Shown: positions 1 through 13,872 of the stretch, in pieces
How the letters are laid out: every line of letters starts with the position of its first letter
Numbering within the stretch: the stretch's first letter is position 1
Assembly: GCF_964355755.1 (NCBI RefSeq)
Contig: NC_092671.1
Span: forward strand, 40,806,304 to 40,870,303
Source: Antedon mediterranea
Taxonomy: Eukaryota > Animalia > Echinodermata
Length of the DNA: 64,000 nucleotides
Direction: 5' to 3'
Made by a program: the position numbers and the translations under genes
Notes under the pieces: model-generated
What the model was told of the DNA's origin: nothing
What the model saw: only the letters and a program-made list of their open reading frames with translations
Database searches by the model: none

Positions 1-508
1 CGGTACTTTGCGATAGGTTGGAGCCACATGAACCAAACCGATTAGCTTGAATCCTCATGAGAAATTCACTCAGCAACATTGACGATTGTACTTTGTACAC
101 CTGTTGGCAAAACAACTCCGTCACACGAAATGGGCACCAAAAAAAAGTAAAATAGTTTACAGTAGTAACAATTCTTATTCAGAATTCAACTTTCTTCACG
201 ATATGTTGTATTGAATTTATGGAGAGATATATGACTAATTATGCCTATTATAATTAACAACACACCTGCTTAAGCTTCCATAGTGCACTCATAACAAAAG
301 TAGTGCCTATTTTACCGAGTATATCTCCCATGTGTGTAATTAAGACAGGCATTAGGACATGTTATGGTAAATCGTTACGTAAAGCTATATATAAACCATG
401 CTTTACCTTCATTAAGTTAATTGATTAAAAAAACAATATCAATTTAGAAGTCAATGTATAGAGGATAGCAGGAGGTAGCAGGAATATAAAAGAGATTCGA
501 ATATATTG

Positions 509-720
509 GTGATAGTCAGAGGATGACAACAAACACCAATGCTGAAGAATGATATCAAATGGGAGGTTACAGAATAACTGATGAATACGGTACATAATGC
601 CAGAATGATATCAAATGGGAGGTTAAAGAATAACTGATCAATACGGTACATAATTCCAGAATGATATCAAATGTGAGGTTAAAGAATAACCGATCAATAC
701 ATAATGCAAAGATGATAGAT
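509..720. repeat. Short degenerate tandem repeat (~55-bp unit, ~3 copies)
   Basis: gaatgatatcaaatgggaggtta..gaataactgat..atacggtacataat recurs at ~547, ~603, ~659. Confidence 0.8.
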
Positions 721-1801
721 ACACCAAAGAAGATGCCATTATTTAAGAGTGCGTTTAGATTAGAAAGATAATAAATCAGGGATGATGGTAGATAAGAGCA
801 CTCAGCCGACACTCAAGAATAAAAGGCTGATTAGCGATAGTGAATGTGGTATTAGGTTTTTGAAGTAATGTCCAAGCTATCATTCGATAACATCGAATGA
901 AAAAAGTGTAATTTGGTATCTATTAATTATATCACTGTTACTTTAGTGAAAGCTTGCTTAATGTTCTTTAAGCAAGGCTTCTCTCTCCTTCTTGTCATAA
1001 AATATGTTTAGCACTTAATAATATTTAATACACGCCAAATCGTTCGTTTCCGCCTCAAATATAGCCGTGATGTACACGATACCGTCATCAGATAACTTTA
1101 TCAAGGACATCTTGCTAATGATATCTTACATGCATTAAAGATGTAGGCCTAGATCAATACTACATTATACAACATTCGATGTGCGTAGGTTTTATTTAGA
1201 GGAGAATTTGCATTTTATTTTATTATCAACATCGGTAATAAAATAACCATTATAAATACCGGTTTATTAATTATAGGCCAAAATGTATTTTATTTATTTA
1301 TGTTTTTCGTAAACCAATGTACATAAAATATACAGTTTATGAAAAACATTGATTAAAAACACATTATTTTATTATTGCACAGGAAACACGCTACACAACT
1401 GTTTTTGATGTTTAAGAATAATGATATTTTGAGCAGCGGTATGTTGAAAATTATAGATACATTCTGATTTCACCATTTCGTTGAAAAGTGAACACATAAT
1501 ATGTAGACCTGTTACATTGTCATTCATCATGTTATTTTAGGCAAAATGTCTCCCTAAATCAGATTATAAAATGATTTTTTATAACAGAAACTTGTTTAAA
1601 AGTTAAGCAAGCCAACTTTCCTGTTAGCGTGACAAAAGAGCATTCAGCTTGTTTAAAAATATGATTGACATGAGAAACTTTAAAGATCCAACATTTCCGG
1701 ATTCATGCATGTGTGCCTTCAGTATCTTGGGTGAATATCCTAGCCACTGAATACAACGTTTTGACGATTATGGTATGGTAAGTATGTCCACTAAGTGGAG
1801 T

Positions 1802-2120
1802 GGAGCTGTGGCTTGGTGGTTATGATGCTTGGCTACCAATCAAAGGGTCCTGGGTTCAAGTCCTGTCATATGTCAGGGTTTTTTTCTCATGACAATTTAC
1901 AACTCCACTCCCAAAGACTTAATAATAAGTCTTTGTCTATGTAGAGCATCTTGTGTATATGTTTGTCTTATATGTTCTAGTGCAGTATATGGAGAGCCAT
2001 CTCGATAGTGCTTTGCACTCATGGCAATCCTCAGGGTGCTGCACCGCTGTATTGTCATGTATTGTTGTGCCTGAAAATTGAATAAAAAATAAAAAAAAAA
2101 AAAAATAATAATAATATAAT
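1802..2120 (+). mobile_element. tRNA-derived SINE
   Basis: Pol III A box TGGCTTGGTGG (1809-1819), B box GGTTCAAGTCC (1853-1863), ~300 bp body ending in AATAAA + poly(A)/(AAT)n at 2081-2120. Confidence 0.75.
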
Positions 2121-2251
2121 AGATGTCTATATAGACTTCCTATACATTACTATGTACCATAGTAGTTTTTACGTATACGTATAATAACTATTATTAATTA
2201 TGTGGTCTCATAACAATGTCAATGTATTATTACACATTAATGAATAGATTC

Positions 2252-2540
2252 TTAGTAGTAGAAAAAAAACAAGCATGTGCTCAGGCCGTGACGGGTTATA
2301 GAATACTTAATGGTCAATACAAAAACATCCCACTTTGAATCTCTTAGATATAGAACATACTGCATAACATTACTTGCAAAATGTATTGCTGCTCAATATG
2401 ATTTTAATTTAAGAATAACAATTACAACGTTTAGGTTGAACATTTCATAAACGTAGGAAAGAGAGTAGAGGGGTTTTATTTATAACTGTAAAATAAAACC
2501 CCTCGGCCTGAGCACATGCTTGTTTTTTTTCTACTACTAA
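2252..2540. mobile_element. Small MITE-like foldback element with ~37-bp terminal inverted repeats
   Basis: ttagtagtagaaaaaaaacaagcatgtgctcaggccg (2252-2288) is the reverse complement of 2504-2540; extra internal hairpin gaggggttttattt/aaataaaacccctc at 2468-2504. Confidence 0.65.
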
Positions 2541-3490
2541 ATACATACATGGGTTTCCGTAGGGTTCATTAATCATAATCTGGTCAAGGTTAGTAATGAT
2601 GTTACTAAATAATTATGTCCTCAATCGATCGATAATTCAACTTTCAATTCAATTCGAAATAAATTGTTATCTCTCAATGTAAACACAGTGACATCTTCTT
2701 CAATGATAAACACAATAAATACAACTCTTGGGAAAAAAAAGTACTCGACTGTAAGTAAAGCTTATCCAACAAAAACACTAACAATAGAATTAATGTTTAT
2801 GTTCAAGGGCATATGCTCATTGAATGAATGTTATTGACACCATAAGCCCCGAATATTAGATTGCAGTGACGAACAATCAAAAAACAGTTACAATACAATA
2901 ATTGTGTTTTATTCAATCAACATGAATGTTATGATTTGATAGTTTACACACGTCTATACCAAACAAAATCTACGACCAATAATATTACAAATGAAATCTG
3001 TACCATCTTGACTGTTGCAACAGACGACAGTAAATTCACCTCCTAATAATAATGTTAGGCTCCATGGCAAATTCAAATGCATCATCAAACTACTGAATTA
3101 TGTAGAACAGGTGAACATATTATCATTGAAGTGGGATAAACGCCAACAAGTTGCTATAACTTATGCTGACCATAGAATAATAATTGACCGATTGTGTAAA
3201 GTACGTTTTATTTGTTACTGGTGAATTAAAACAATGAAGATTATGCTCTCTTAAAATAATTAATGGAACAAACACAGTATTTAGCGTGATTTTAGATACG
3301 TTAAACACTGAAGTCAAATAAAAAATAAATCAGCTTTTTATTTCGTGATTTGATTTCTATACCATGTATAGGCCTAGTAGGGCTACTACCTGTGGAATTT
3401 AAAGTAACAACGCAGATGTGAGCTGACTCACTCTTTAAAAATTGTTATTTAATTTTCTTTTTACACTAGAATTGGGTCAAGTGCAGATAG

Positions 3491-4088
3491 ATTTATATCA
3501 CTTGTATGGGAATGTTGTACCTTAACGGAGTACCTCAGGTTAAAAACATGGTTTATATCACCCGTCCGTAATAATAGGATTTATACTAGGTTTACGGAGT
3601 ACCTCCGGTTAAAAACATGGTTTATACAGGGAGTTGTAACAACTCCCTGGTTTATATCACCCGTACTATAGGTTTTATACTCGGGTTTACGGGAATGTTG
3701 TACCGTACAGAGTACCTTCGGCTAAAAACGTGGTTTATATCACCCTTATAACTATAGGTTTTATACTCGGGTGTGCGAGAATGTTGTACCGTAACGGAGT
3801 ACCTCAGTTTAAAAACATGGTTTATATCACCCGTACTATAGGTTTTATACTCGGGTGTACGAAAATGTTGTACCGTAACGGAGTACCTCAGGTTTAAAAA
3901 CATGGTTTATATCACCCGTAATATAGGCCTATAAGGTTTTATACTCGGGTGTACGAGAATGTTGTACCGTAACGGCCCGTACCTCAGGTTTAAAAAACAT
4001 GGTTTATATCACCCGTAAAAATAGTGGTATTATACTCGGATTTACGAGAATGTTGTACTGTAACGGAGTACCTCAGGTTTAAAAAATG
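3491..4088. repeat. Minisatellite, ~85-bp unit, ~7 partly degenerate copies
   Basis: ggtttatatcacccgta..ggttttatactcgggtgtacgagaatgttgtaccgtaacggagtacctcaggtttaaaaacat repeated; explains repetitive ORF 3652-3903. Confidence 0.9.
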
Positions 4089-6794
4089 GTCAAATCGCTG
4101 TTTGAAGTTGGTTAATATGTAAATAATCGACCTGATTAATTTTAGTCATGGTCCAGCCAAACGAAATACCAGACATACCTTTACCACCGATTTAGAATAA
4201 GTAAAGTGGGAGTAATCTTCTAATAATTCTGTGTTTGATCTTTTATTTTATTTTTGTTATATTTTTTCCGTGATTCTATCTAGGAGCATGTAGCGATACA
4301 TTTCATAAGCTTTAGTTATTTGTATTTGCCAGTTTATTGTTTAATATTGTCCTTCAGCTAACCCTACACTCTAAAATCACTAAAGAATGAACAGTTAATA
4401 TTATATTTTTTACCGTTTCGTTAAGTGCTGTAATTTCGTTTGTCAATTAGGAATGTTTTGTCAGTTAGTACAACCCAAGAAAAAGTAATTTTTCTGTCAA
4501 AATCCAATAAAGATGTTTGTAATAAATATAAATGGGAAACCAAAATATACGGAAGTTCAAAAAAGGAAATGTATGTTTGTCCAGAACTTTTTTAATTTTA
4601 TCTGGTGACAGAATTACTAGACAAAATATGACAATTGTCCGTGAGGCGGAACCAATTCGTGGTACCGAATCTCCAAATGCGTATGGATATGACGAGTAAT
4701 GCCCATATCCAGGAAATATTTTTCCAGGTACCATCCATCCGTATAAATTACATTATTACCTTCCAAGTGACCTTCTATGTCGTATGACTATGAGCATATT
4801 TATTTCCCAATCCCAATTATAAATATCAGTTAATTGGCACATTAATAAAAGCGAAATGCATTAAAACTGAATTTTTTTCAATCTTCAAAATTGATTATTC
4901 GATTTGATTTTTTCCTTTAAGTTTCTCTGTTTTGATAGTGGTTTAAATTTGATTCATTGTCTAACATTCTTCACAAAACTGGCGGCAAGAACTCTTCCAA
5001 AAAACATAAACCCACACAAAAGTACACTGCAAACTACATTACTTATTAATAACAATTCCAATGACCTCATTCTCTAACAATTTTATTTTCACTTTACAAA
5101 AACATTCAGTGTACTGTAAAACCGAGGGTGCGTGATTTCGAACACTCATCAGTTGTTTGTTAAAAAAAGAAATTTGTCTGTGTAGTAGTTTTTATTTCAG
5201 TTGTAAAGCCATGCAGTACCGTTGCCTCCATGTATGGTTCTCTGACTCCGGAATTAATTAGGGGAATTTTATTTGCGAATTCAGGAAAGGGAAAAGATTG
5301 TCCGAGTTCAAATCGAGGCAGGTTGTGGGAAGAATGCACAATTATTGGAAATGACATCACGGCATAATTACACGAATCTAATAGGGAAAGTTTATCTGAG
5401 GTCGATTGTTAACTGTGAGGTCAACAGATAAAGATGAAAGTTGAATTTTTGCAGTTAATATAAAGTAAAGATCAAGGAGTAAGCCGGTATACCATAAATC
5501 CACAATATGTGAAAGATAAAATAAAGACTCATGCTTGCCTACTGGTTGTATTTGAAATGCCTCAGTTATAAGGAATCATTTCCTTCATCCAGGATATGTA
5601 GCACTGAATGTTCTAAACATGATTGGCGTCCGAGAGAATCAGGATATAGGAAACAATCATTAAATAATCAGTCAATATTTGATTTATAAAATTAAGACAG
5701 GAATCATCATCTGATTTAAAATAAAAAAGACGTATTTTACTATTTTGTGGTTTAATGTGTGTGTTTTTGTATATACTGTATAGCATTAAATGATATCCAA
5801 GGTTATGTTGTAGGATATGACCGGGACCTATCCTTGAACACAGTCCCAACTGGAATATAGGTCGGGGTGCCTGCTCATTCATTCGTCGTTCCACTTACTT
5901 GTTTTCTTGCTTTAATCCAATTGGTGGCGTCAGGAATTTTCCGGAGGGCCGCAGCTATAATATCCAGGGGTGGGGAGAGGGGGGGGGGCGACAATTAGAC
6001 ATTTAAGGGTAGTTTTAGGCGAAAATCAGTGATTATAGGGTATTAAGTAGGGTATTGATTGATTGATTTTTATCAGGAAATATATCTTGATCACCGACGA
6101 CAAACATGGTAAATCCTCTCCTCCTCCCGCTGCTGTAATCATCATTCCGAGGCCCCTTTTCTTATAGGAATTTGGGATTGTTTTTTGTATAGACAAGCTT
6201 CTTGCTTTTGGAAAGGAATATTAAAAAGTGAGAATGTTCTTTCTAAAAATCTGTCCCCTTCCCACAATAGACCAGGTTTTTTTTTTACAATTTATTTTTT
6301 CTGCCGTGGGTTAGGGCCCAATCCGAATTTCCTCAGTTTCCAGTTGCTTGAGGACAAATATAAATACTGTACCAGAAATTTTTTTTTCTTACGAATCACT
6401 TCAGTTCAGGTAGCAGGCAGGTAGTGTAATTGTAGCCTGCCTCGAAGAAATGATATCACACCTGTACGCAATTCAACCTACATATAAATAAAATAAGTTA
6501 CCTAGGTTTTGAAAGAATTTGTTTATATTATCCACAGGAAAACCAATTTACATCTCAGGTTTCTATTTTCATACATAGTGATTACTATCAAATATAAATT
6601 GTAAAAGATCATGCTAGTGACGTCAACATCATCAGAAATTCTGCTGTCATTTTTCTTTTAAATTTAAATTTTTTCTTTCTTCTTTCGTATTTATATGGTT
6701 TTTGGATTTTTTTTGTAATATCACAAACTTGTGTAAAAACAACAAATGTTGATTGAACAAGTTGTACTGTCTCGTGAATAAATAAAATATATAT

Positions 6795-6828
6795 AGCATT
6801 GTCATTTTTTTCAGTAATTTGCTTTTGG

Positions 6829-6875
<47 letters not shown>
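6795..6875 (+). mobile_element. Truncated copy of the 3' end of the Penelope-like repeat at 12690-12950 followed by (TA)n
   Basis: agcattgtcattttttt cagtaatttgcttttggatttata matches 12911-12950; runs into (TA)~22. Confidence 0.6.
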
Positions 6876-6879
<4 letters not shown>

Positions 6880-7573
6880 CGCCTTTTAACATGGCTGCAG
6901 TCGCGTGCTCAAGTCAGTGTTTGTACCAACCAACCCACCGACCAACCAACCAACATTCAATTTAATTCAAATCAACATTTATTTCTTCCACATAAAATAA
7001 GAACAAATATCCAAATATAAATTATAAAATGAAGGAAGAGGGCAAAATTCAAAAAGTAACGCCAGATGAAAAACAGAAATTCTATTAAAAGACCTTGTGG
7101 CGAGCTAGCCCTAAATGAATGATATACATAAAAATTACAAATTCATTAACGTACACAAACACAAACACACACAGACAGGACAGGGCAAGTAAAAAACGAA
7201 AAAAAAAGAAAAACGATCATGTGATATAAAAGCTGAGGATGGTATAAACAAGAAATATTTCTTACTCGCTTATTGACGTAACAGTTTTAAAGATAGATTG
7301 TCCCTCTGAAAAAATATTTTTTATTTCAAATTTGTTTTTGAATGTGACATTTTATTGTCACATAATAGTTATTTTACCTGAAAAAAATGTAATTAAAAGC
7401 AAAAAATACTTCAATTGTCTGACAATGTGGTTTTTGAGTTATAATTAAACGTTTCTTTTCTCTTTTTATAATGTGAATTTTGTTACAGAAGTGAATAACT
7501 TTGATATGAAACAGACTCAATTTAGTTTATTTTATTGCTAAGGTCAAGTCTGGGGTCACTTCATCACGCCTTA

Positions 7574-9418
7574 TGTTCAGACCCATGGCGTTAGACCGTT
7601 TTAGCGTACAACGTTACTATCAAGGTCACGTTACAAACCGCAGAGAAAAAAACGAGGTGTTCAGACCCATAGCGTACGATTATCGTTACAACGGAAGTAC
7701 GTCATCCAGGTTGTTTCTAGTTGCATATCTTACCCACGTGTTTTCATCATTATTTCCACTGTATATAGGCCTAGATTTCAGCCCTACAATTATGACAAAA
7801 TTTGCCATAAATAAAACATACCTTAGCATTTATTTAAGAAAAATATAGTAAAGCCAAATTTCTGTTTCTATTGTTTTTATTTTGTAGTAAAAAACATTCT
7901 CCCCAGGCTCTTGTGTAACGAAAATAAAGCAGGCCTCGTAATGATGAAAAAAAATATGATTGTGATTAGTCTATCCAGTTCAGTCAAAGATATATATTCT
8001 TTGGTCCAGTCGGTTAAAAATATCCCTTAACTTGCTAATAAAAGGGACACAGCTCCCCTTGTTTGTTTACTGATTTTTTTAGGAGTTAGGGGGTTTTCAG
8101 CATTAAACTTGTCCAGTCTAGTCTTCCTTGTATGAATGAGTGACTCGATGTTCCACGCTAGTTTTTAGCTTGAATGAAATGCGTGAATGGCTCTAGGCCT
8201 AGCTAGGCCTAAAATCGGATGGGATCGTAGTCCCTATGTTTAAACGCCGTGGCTAAAGATACGGTACCGTATTCTAACTTCTGTTTACTAAAGGTACGGT
8301 AAAATTGCATTACGTCATAACCAGCCAATGGGGTGCTGTACGTGTGTGACGTCATCGTATAAGGACTTTGTGGATTTTTTTCATATCGCGAAAACAGTGA
8401 TCAACCGCATTTTCTTTATGCTTTATTTATCGCTATTATCGCCGTCGTGTGTGACAAAAACTAAATGTAGCCTACGTCTGTTATTATTATTGAAAAGCCA
8501 AAACATGTTGATTTTAATTCTAGAATACAGAAAACCGTTTCAAAAGAGGCCTAGGCTAGGCCTACTATAACCTCATAATATGAGTTTGTTTGTGTAGAGG
8601 GAAAGCGATGCCAGGCTGGGGCCAGCTGCATGTGTGCGCTGATTTCTGTGACTCGTTAGCCCTGGGGCTACTGTCTAAATCATAGTATTTGAGGGCCCCT
8701 TTATTGTCTGCATTTGCTTGTTGTTTATGGTCACCATTGTAAACAAAGTTTAATAAAAAATATAGGCCTAAATAGGCCATTTGGAATAAAAATAAAACCC
8801 TCATCTGCAGCGCACACACATCAACGCAGCCTGGCGCCGCCGCCGATAGCAATTCTCTACACACACAAACACAACAGACGCGATATGAAAAAAAATCCCA
8901 AGTCCTTATACGATGACGTCACACACGTACCAGCACCCCATTGGCTGATTATGACGTAATGCAATTTTACCGTACCTTTAGTAAACAGAAGTTAGAATAC
9001 GGTACCGTATCTTTAGCCACGGCGATGTTTAAATACAAGGTGCAAGTATTTAAGTCATTTGTTAGAAAATATAATGGTAATCAGTTGATAATAGTTTGTA
9101 GCCTTTGTAACAGTTGTATTTGTAGTGTAGTTAGGCCTTATTTATTCTGGCCTTTTTGTTATTGAAATCCATCTCACACATTGACGATACAAGATGTCAG
9201 CCTAGGTCAAACCTTGTTTCGCGTCATAACAGGAAACGTTCTGATTGGATACAACGTTGACTTACAGTAGCGTCGTACGCTAAAACGGTACTATCAACCG
9301 TTTTCCACTACAACGCTACAACCGTTGTACGACGCGTTGTACGCTAATCCCCAACTGTTCAGACACACATTCTTTTAGCGTCGTACGCTAAAACGGTCTA
9401 ACGCCATGGGTCTGAACA
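7574..9418. mobile_element. Non-autonomous TIR element (outer; Harbinger-like end), interrupted by a nested MITE
   Basis: 36-bp TIRs tgttcagacccatggcgttagaccgttttagcgtac (7574-7609) / gtacgctaaaacggtctaacgccatgggtctgaaca (9383-9418); subterminal copies of TGTTCAGAC at ~7659 and ~9356; right end continues ...aacagggcct. Confidence 0.75.
8245..9024. mobile_element. Mutator/MULE-like MITE with ~146-bp TIRs and 9-bp TSD
   Basis: TIRs 8245-8390 and 8879-9024 nearly perfect; flanked on both sides by atgtttaaa (8236-8244, 9025-9033); no coding capacity. Confidence 0.85.
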
Positions 9419-12400
9419 GGGCCTTCAAGTGTGAAGTATCATATTACAAACAAAAACTTTCATGGACTGTTTTGATAATAATTCAATGATTATCTGACAG
9501 CGAAATACAGTATTGTCATGGGACTCATTCATAAATACCAGAAATGCAGCTGGTACCTATAAATTATAGTCGAGTTTCCATTTTAACAAAAATGTCAAAG
9601 TGTAGTATTATAACTGCTGCTTGATTTCATCTAATAAATGAGTCATCTCGTGTGACGTAGCGGGCCAGAGCAGCAGCGTGAAAAATTGTGTAAATCATAT
9701 TTTGAATATAGTGAGCTGTAGAGGTATTTTAAAATTAAAGCCGAATAGAAATAAATCACGATCACAATTCCTTATTCGCGGAGTTCAAACATCTTCCTCG
9801 ACACCTGCCCTGTCACGCATGAATGATTTTAAGTATACAGTATGTACAACTTGCACGTTTCCTACAATGAAAACTAAACATGCCATGCAACCGGCGGGGT
9901 AATTAAGTAAGTTTTACACAGTACAGTACTAATATTTGGGCGTTTTCGCATTAAGTGAATAATGATGAAGCCTCTTCAAGACTTTTGGATTTGGAATCAA
10001 TAGATGATGATTTGGACTAAATTGAATTGAGAACGGCGCCGCCAAAGTGGAAATGGGTTCGTTCGTGCCAACGGGAAATATGTAGGAGTATGACTGATAC
10101 GTTGATTTAGGGTAATCGTTGAAAGACAACCGGAAAAACATAGTTCCATGCAAGCAATTCACCCTTTGGATTTTATAGTCCAATCGGTAATAACAATTAT
10201 ACGGTATACTGAGTAACTAACTTTAAAATGTTAAATTTAGCCAAGAATATAGTTATCGGTGGTAACTTAAGTCATGAAGGAAACATTAAAATGAATAGAA
10301 TAATTTCACAAGACGTATCCAACGCGATGAAAGAAAATCCATTTAAAATCAGTTGAAAGCAGGAAGAATCATATTAGTGTCGAATGATGATTTATATTAA
10401 CTTGGTAGCATTCCTCTAGAACCTCAATGAATTAATTCATACAAGAACACTATCGAGTTTGTGATGCGTGTTAAGAGACCAGAATATTAAACCAACGAAT
10501 ATTTTCTCTTTAATAATTTCATCATGAGAGAAGGTTTTTATATTGCATTTTTATTTATATAGGTATAAGATTTGACCAGGGATTCCCTGATTTGACATAC
10601 CACCAGGAATGATATTTTGCTCTCGTGAATACATATTTCCCTTAGCTAGCTTTCACCTCTAAGCAGGCAATATCTGTATAAAATTAGCTACCGTACGTTT
10701 AAAACATGTATGATCGATGCTGTTATCAATATCACAGGGCATGTCGTGAGAAATCCCATTTTCAACGACAAACCTGTGTCGTGTATTACTTTATTAAAAG
10801 TTCATTGACCCAAAAATAAAGTTATGGTGTAGGATATGTGTTTAGTTAGATAAAAAAATCTATTTATTATAGAAATTCCGGTGTCTGCAGAAAACTTTGT
10901 GACAAACATATTCTTGGCCGAGCGTTTAATATTTCGGTCACAAGAGGGCGTTGGCTTATTCATTCATTAAACTATACTTTAGACCAATTATTACTTATTG
11001 TATTCATTATATATAGACTTTATATATGTATTGCTTTATGTGCTGCGCTCGAGAATGTACTAACAACGACATTTTTTATTGCGTTTTCTTAATGAAGGAT
11101 TACTAGTTTCAAATAAATCCGAATTTAAATGTATTTAGTGTTTAGGTAACTTGGCATACTAACATTATTTAATGTCAAACAGTCAACACACTTTGCCAAT
11201 TTTTAATGATAAATGACGGCTACCAAACTTCTACTATTATAGGCTATAACATTTCTAAAATTCCTTGTTGTACTTTTGTTCCTTGTACTTGTTCCTTGTC
11301 TTGAGAAGAATATAGTATTTAATCTGAAATACCAATTTGTCCACGGTCTGTTGAGATGCACACCCAAAAGATTTCCAAATAAATAAATCGTCACAGGGCT
11401 TAATCGATGGTTATTAAGGCATCATTATCTGTATTATGAATATGTAGCCGCGGGTAATCTTAAGGATGCATCATCGGCGCACAGTTTCCCGAGGCTGGTC
11501 GGAATTCAATTTAACTTCTTACCAAAAGTGAGCGATACGTGCTCTTACACATTTATGCTCATTGTAATTAATTGGTCAAAAAATCGATTTCAGGAAAATT
11601 CGAAACCTAATTTTTGAGATTACGGATCAAACGCCTGCCATCGACCCATTTGAACCCATTTTGAAATCCATGGATCCGCCACTGGTCGCGTAATTATTAA
11701 TTATTCGTTGAATTTATATTTTACGATTGGATAACTGCAATTGCACCGTCCTCCCGACCGTCCTGTATCGCAATGCACTTCAAATCAACATACGCAAAGT
11801 TCATAATAATTATGAATGCACCGGATAGACCGCGGTTTAGGCCTATTTAGGAGAAACGCAATTATGACGGGACATGATTCCATAGAAGTTAATCCTGGAT
11901 TCTAGCAATACATTGTTCAAAAGGGTACTACAGTACACCATTGATGATAAATCGTCCTTTGTTAGGTATGAGGGATGGTTGAAACAATGTGGAGATTCGG
12001 GTCAAAGTTTTGATGAATGCACCATTGATCATTTCATGGAGAATAATGGAGGAATCTGTAATCTCTTTTATTACCAACATATAATATTCCAAATATCTGC
12101 CATTCATAATAATAAAATAAGATGCATAAGCCGAAGGTGTGTTACTTAATATAAGAGACTAAACTGTATTATATCATAAAGAAGTGTTTAAAACTAACAA
12201 TAGGTTTTTAAACTAACCCAGTTTTGCAATTTTCAATACAAATGTGTGAGGCCATGGAGAGTGTTCATGCAATTCCAAAATGGATTTATACCCGGTTTAG
12301 ATTCCTCTTCAAATCAATTTAATTCAGGCATGTTTCACAATAAGTTGTTTCCCATTCTTTTTTTTAAATTGTAAACCACAGACCCACATATTTATATTTA

Positions 12401-12689
12401 CCAATGAGTAAGTTGTTTAAAATAATATTTCCAAATATTCCCTTCCCTGTCCGCTTTTTCTTTTGTAGCCTAGGCATGCCACCAAAATTATTCTTATACA
12501 ATATTTTCTATCCTTTTTCTTTTAATTTATAATAAAGTATCATTTTACTTTAACATTTTTTTTTCTTCTTCTTTCTTTCTGTTAAGCCATCACGTTTATT
12601 TATAGCTTAATTAACATACGTTTATATTTGTTTACACAGTCAACCCTTGATATTGCTTTTATATTTATTACTTATATTATTTTTTTCAG

Positions 12690-12950
12690 ACTCCACCATG
12701 GCTCCCTTTGTTATATTTCTTTTATTCCTGTCCACCCAGGCAGCACTTGCCAGCTTTCTATGACTTATCCAAATTCCTTCACTTGCACTGATGAAGGGCT
12801 AGTGTTGCCCGAAAGTTCTGCTAACTTTTCTGGCTGTTTTACTTCTCGTTTTGATTTAGCTTTTCGCTTTTATTTTGTATCTCCATTGAGATCCAGCCAC
12901 TGATACCCACAGCATTGTCATTTTTTCAGTAATTTGCCTTTGGATTTATA
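12690..12950 (+). mobile_element. Penelope-like terminal-repeat fragment containing a minimal hammerhead motif
   Basis: gca-CTGATGA-a-gggc(tagtgtt)gccc-GAAA-gttc-tgc at 12785-12821; related sequence again at 63964-64000 and 6795-6835; left boundary uncertain. Confidence 0.55.
12785..12821 (+). ncRNA. Minimal type I hammerhead ribozyme-like motif
   Basis: CUGAUGA core, 4-bp stem II, GAAA, vestigial stem III, short stem I gca/tgc. Confidence 0.5.
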
Positions 12951-13872
12951 TTAATTTTCTATCTATAGGCCTAAACAATAATAGTTTACAAAGAAAGAAA
13001 AATACTCTATGGTAAGTAAAGTACCCTTTAACATTGAAGATTCCATCTGTGGTTATTTCCAATAAAGAACCAAATCTCGAAATATCTGTAATTCTTTCAT
13101 CTTCATAAATGTGTTCTATATGAGGGCATAATGCAATCTAAACAGAGGTTTAAAAGTAATTATTGTAGTACGAGTAGTCATTATATTTGTACTACTACAA
13201 TATTAGTATAACATGCGATACAATGAGGAATCACTCACTATCTGTCTGTTTTATACCCTTTGCCTCTTTGTAATTGAAATCTCGATTGTATAAAAGAATT
13301 GGGTGGTTTATTTTGTATACTTGCTGAATTGAACTTTTTGAATTAGCAGGGCCAGTTACCAAGGTTTTGACACTATCTTTGACATTGACCCCCGTTTTTA
13401 GGTCCATGCTTGTGGCTATGAGCATTGTGTAGACACTAAATACACAAATATTGTTTAATATGCAACCAAAAGCCCAATTTGGCGATGATTTATTACTGTC
13501 AGTGACAGTAACACTTTCTTAACAGTAAACAACTGACGTCACTCAGATGGCTTCTTAATTGAGGCAATTGTTGAGAAACACCAAATTCCTGTTTCGCCTT
13601 TGGCCCCCCTTTGGCACATTTCACAGGTCGATATAAACAAGACCAGACTATCAGCGGAGCCGAAGTCTGATTTTATATAAGATTTTATCATTTTTTGTAA
13701 TTGATGGGTAGGCCCGTGTCTAACAATATGCTTTTAAAGTTTTCAAGTTCAGTGTGTTTGAAAAACAAACGTTACGCTTGCAATCGGTAGACAGTCTGTA
13801 AATCAGATTGATCGTCGCACTTTGTAATAGGCCTATACATGTCGGGTGCTGCGTACTTTGCAATGATCGTGT

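Noticed and set aside
1-100. Possible minus-strand exon (acceptor ccaacag, open frame VYKVQSSMLLSEFLMRIQ...)
   Set aside because: Truncated by window edge, no recognisable homology, no supporting upstream exons
4465-5400. Slightly GC-richer, exon-like patches and short ORFs
   Set aside because: No identifiable domain or consistent splice structure
9940-12150. Possible decayed coding sequence (ORF 11913-12149 and stop-interrupted frames)
   Set aside because: Could not assign any family by eye; needs tBLASTx
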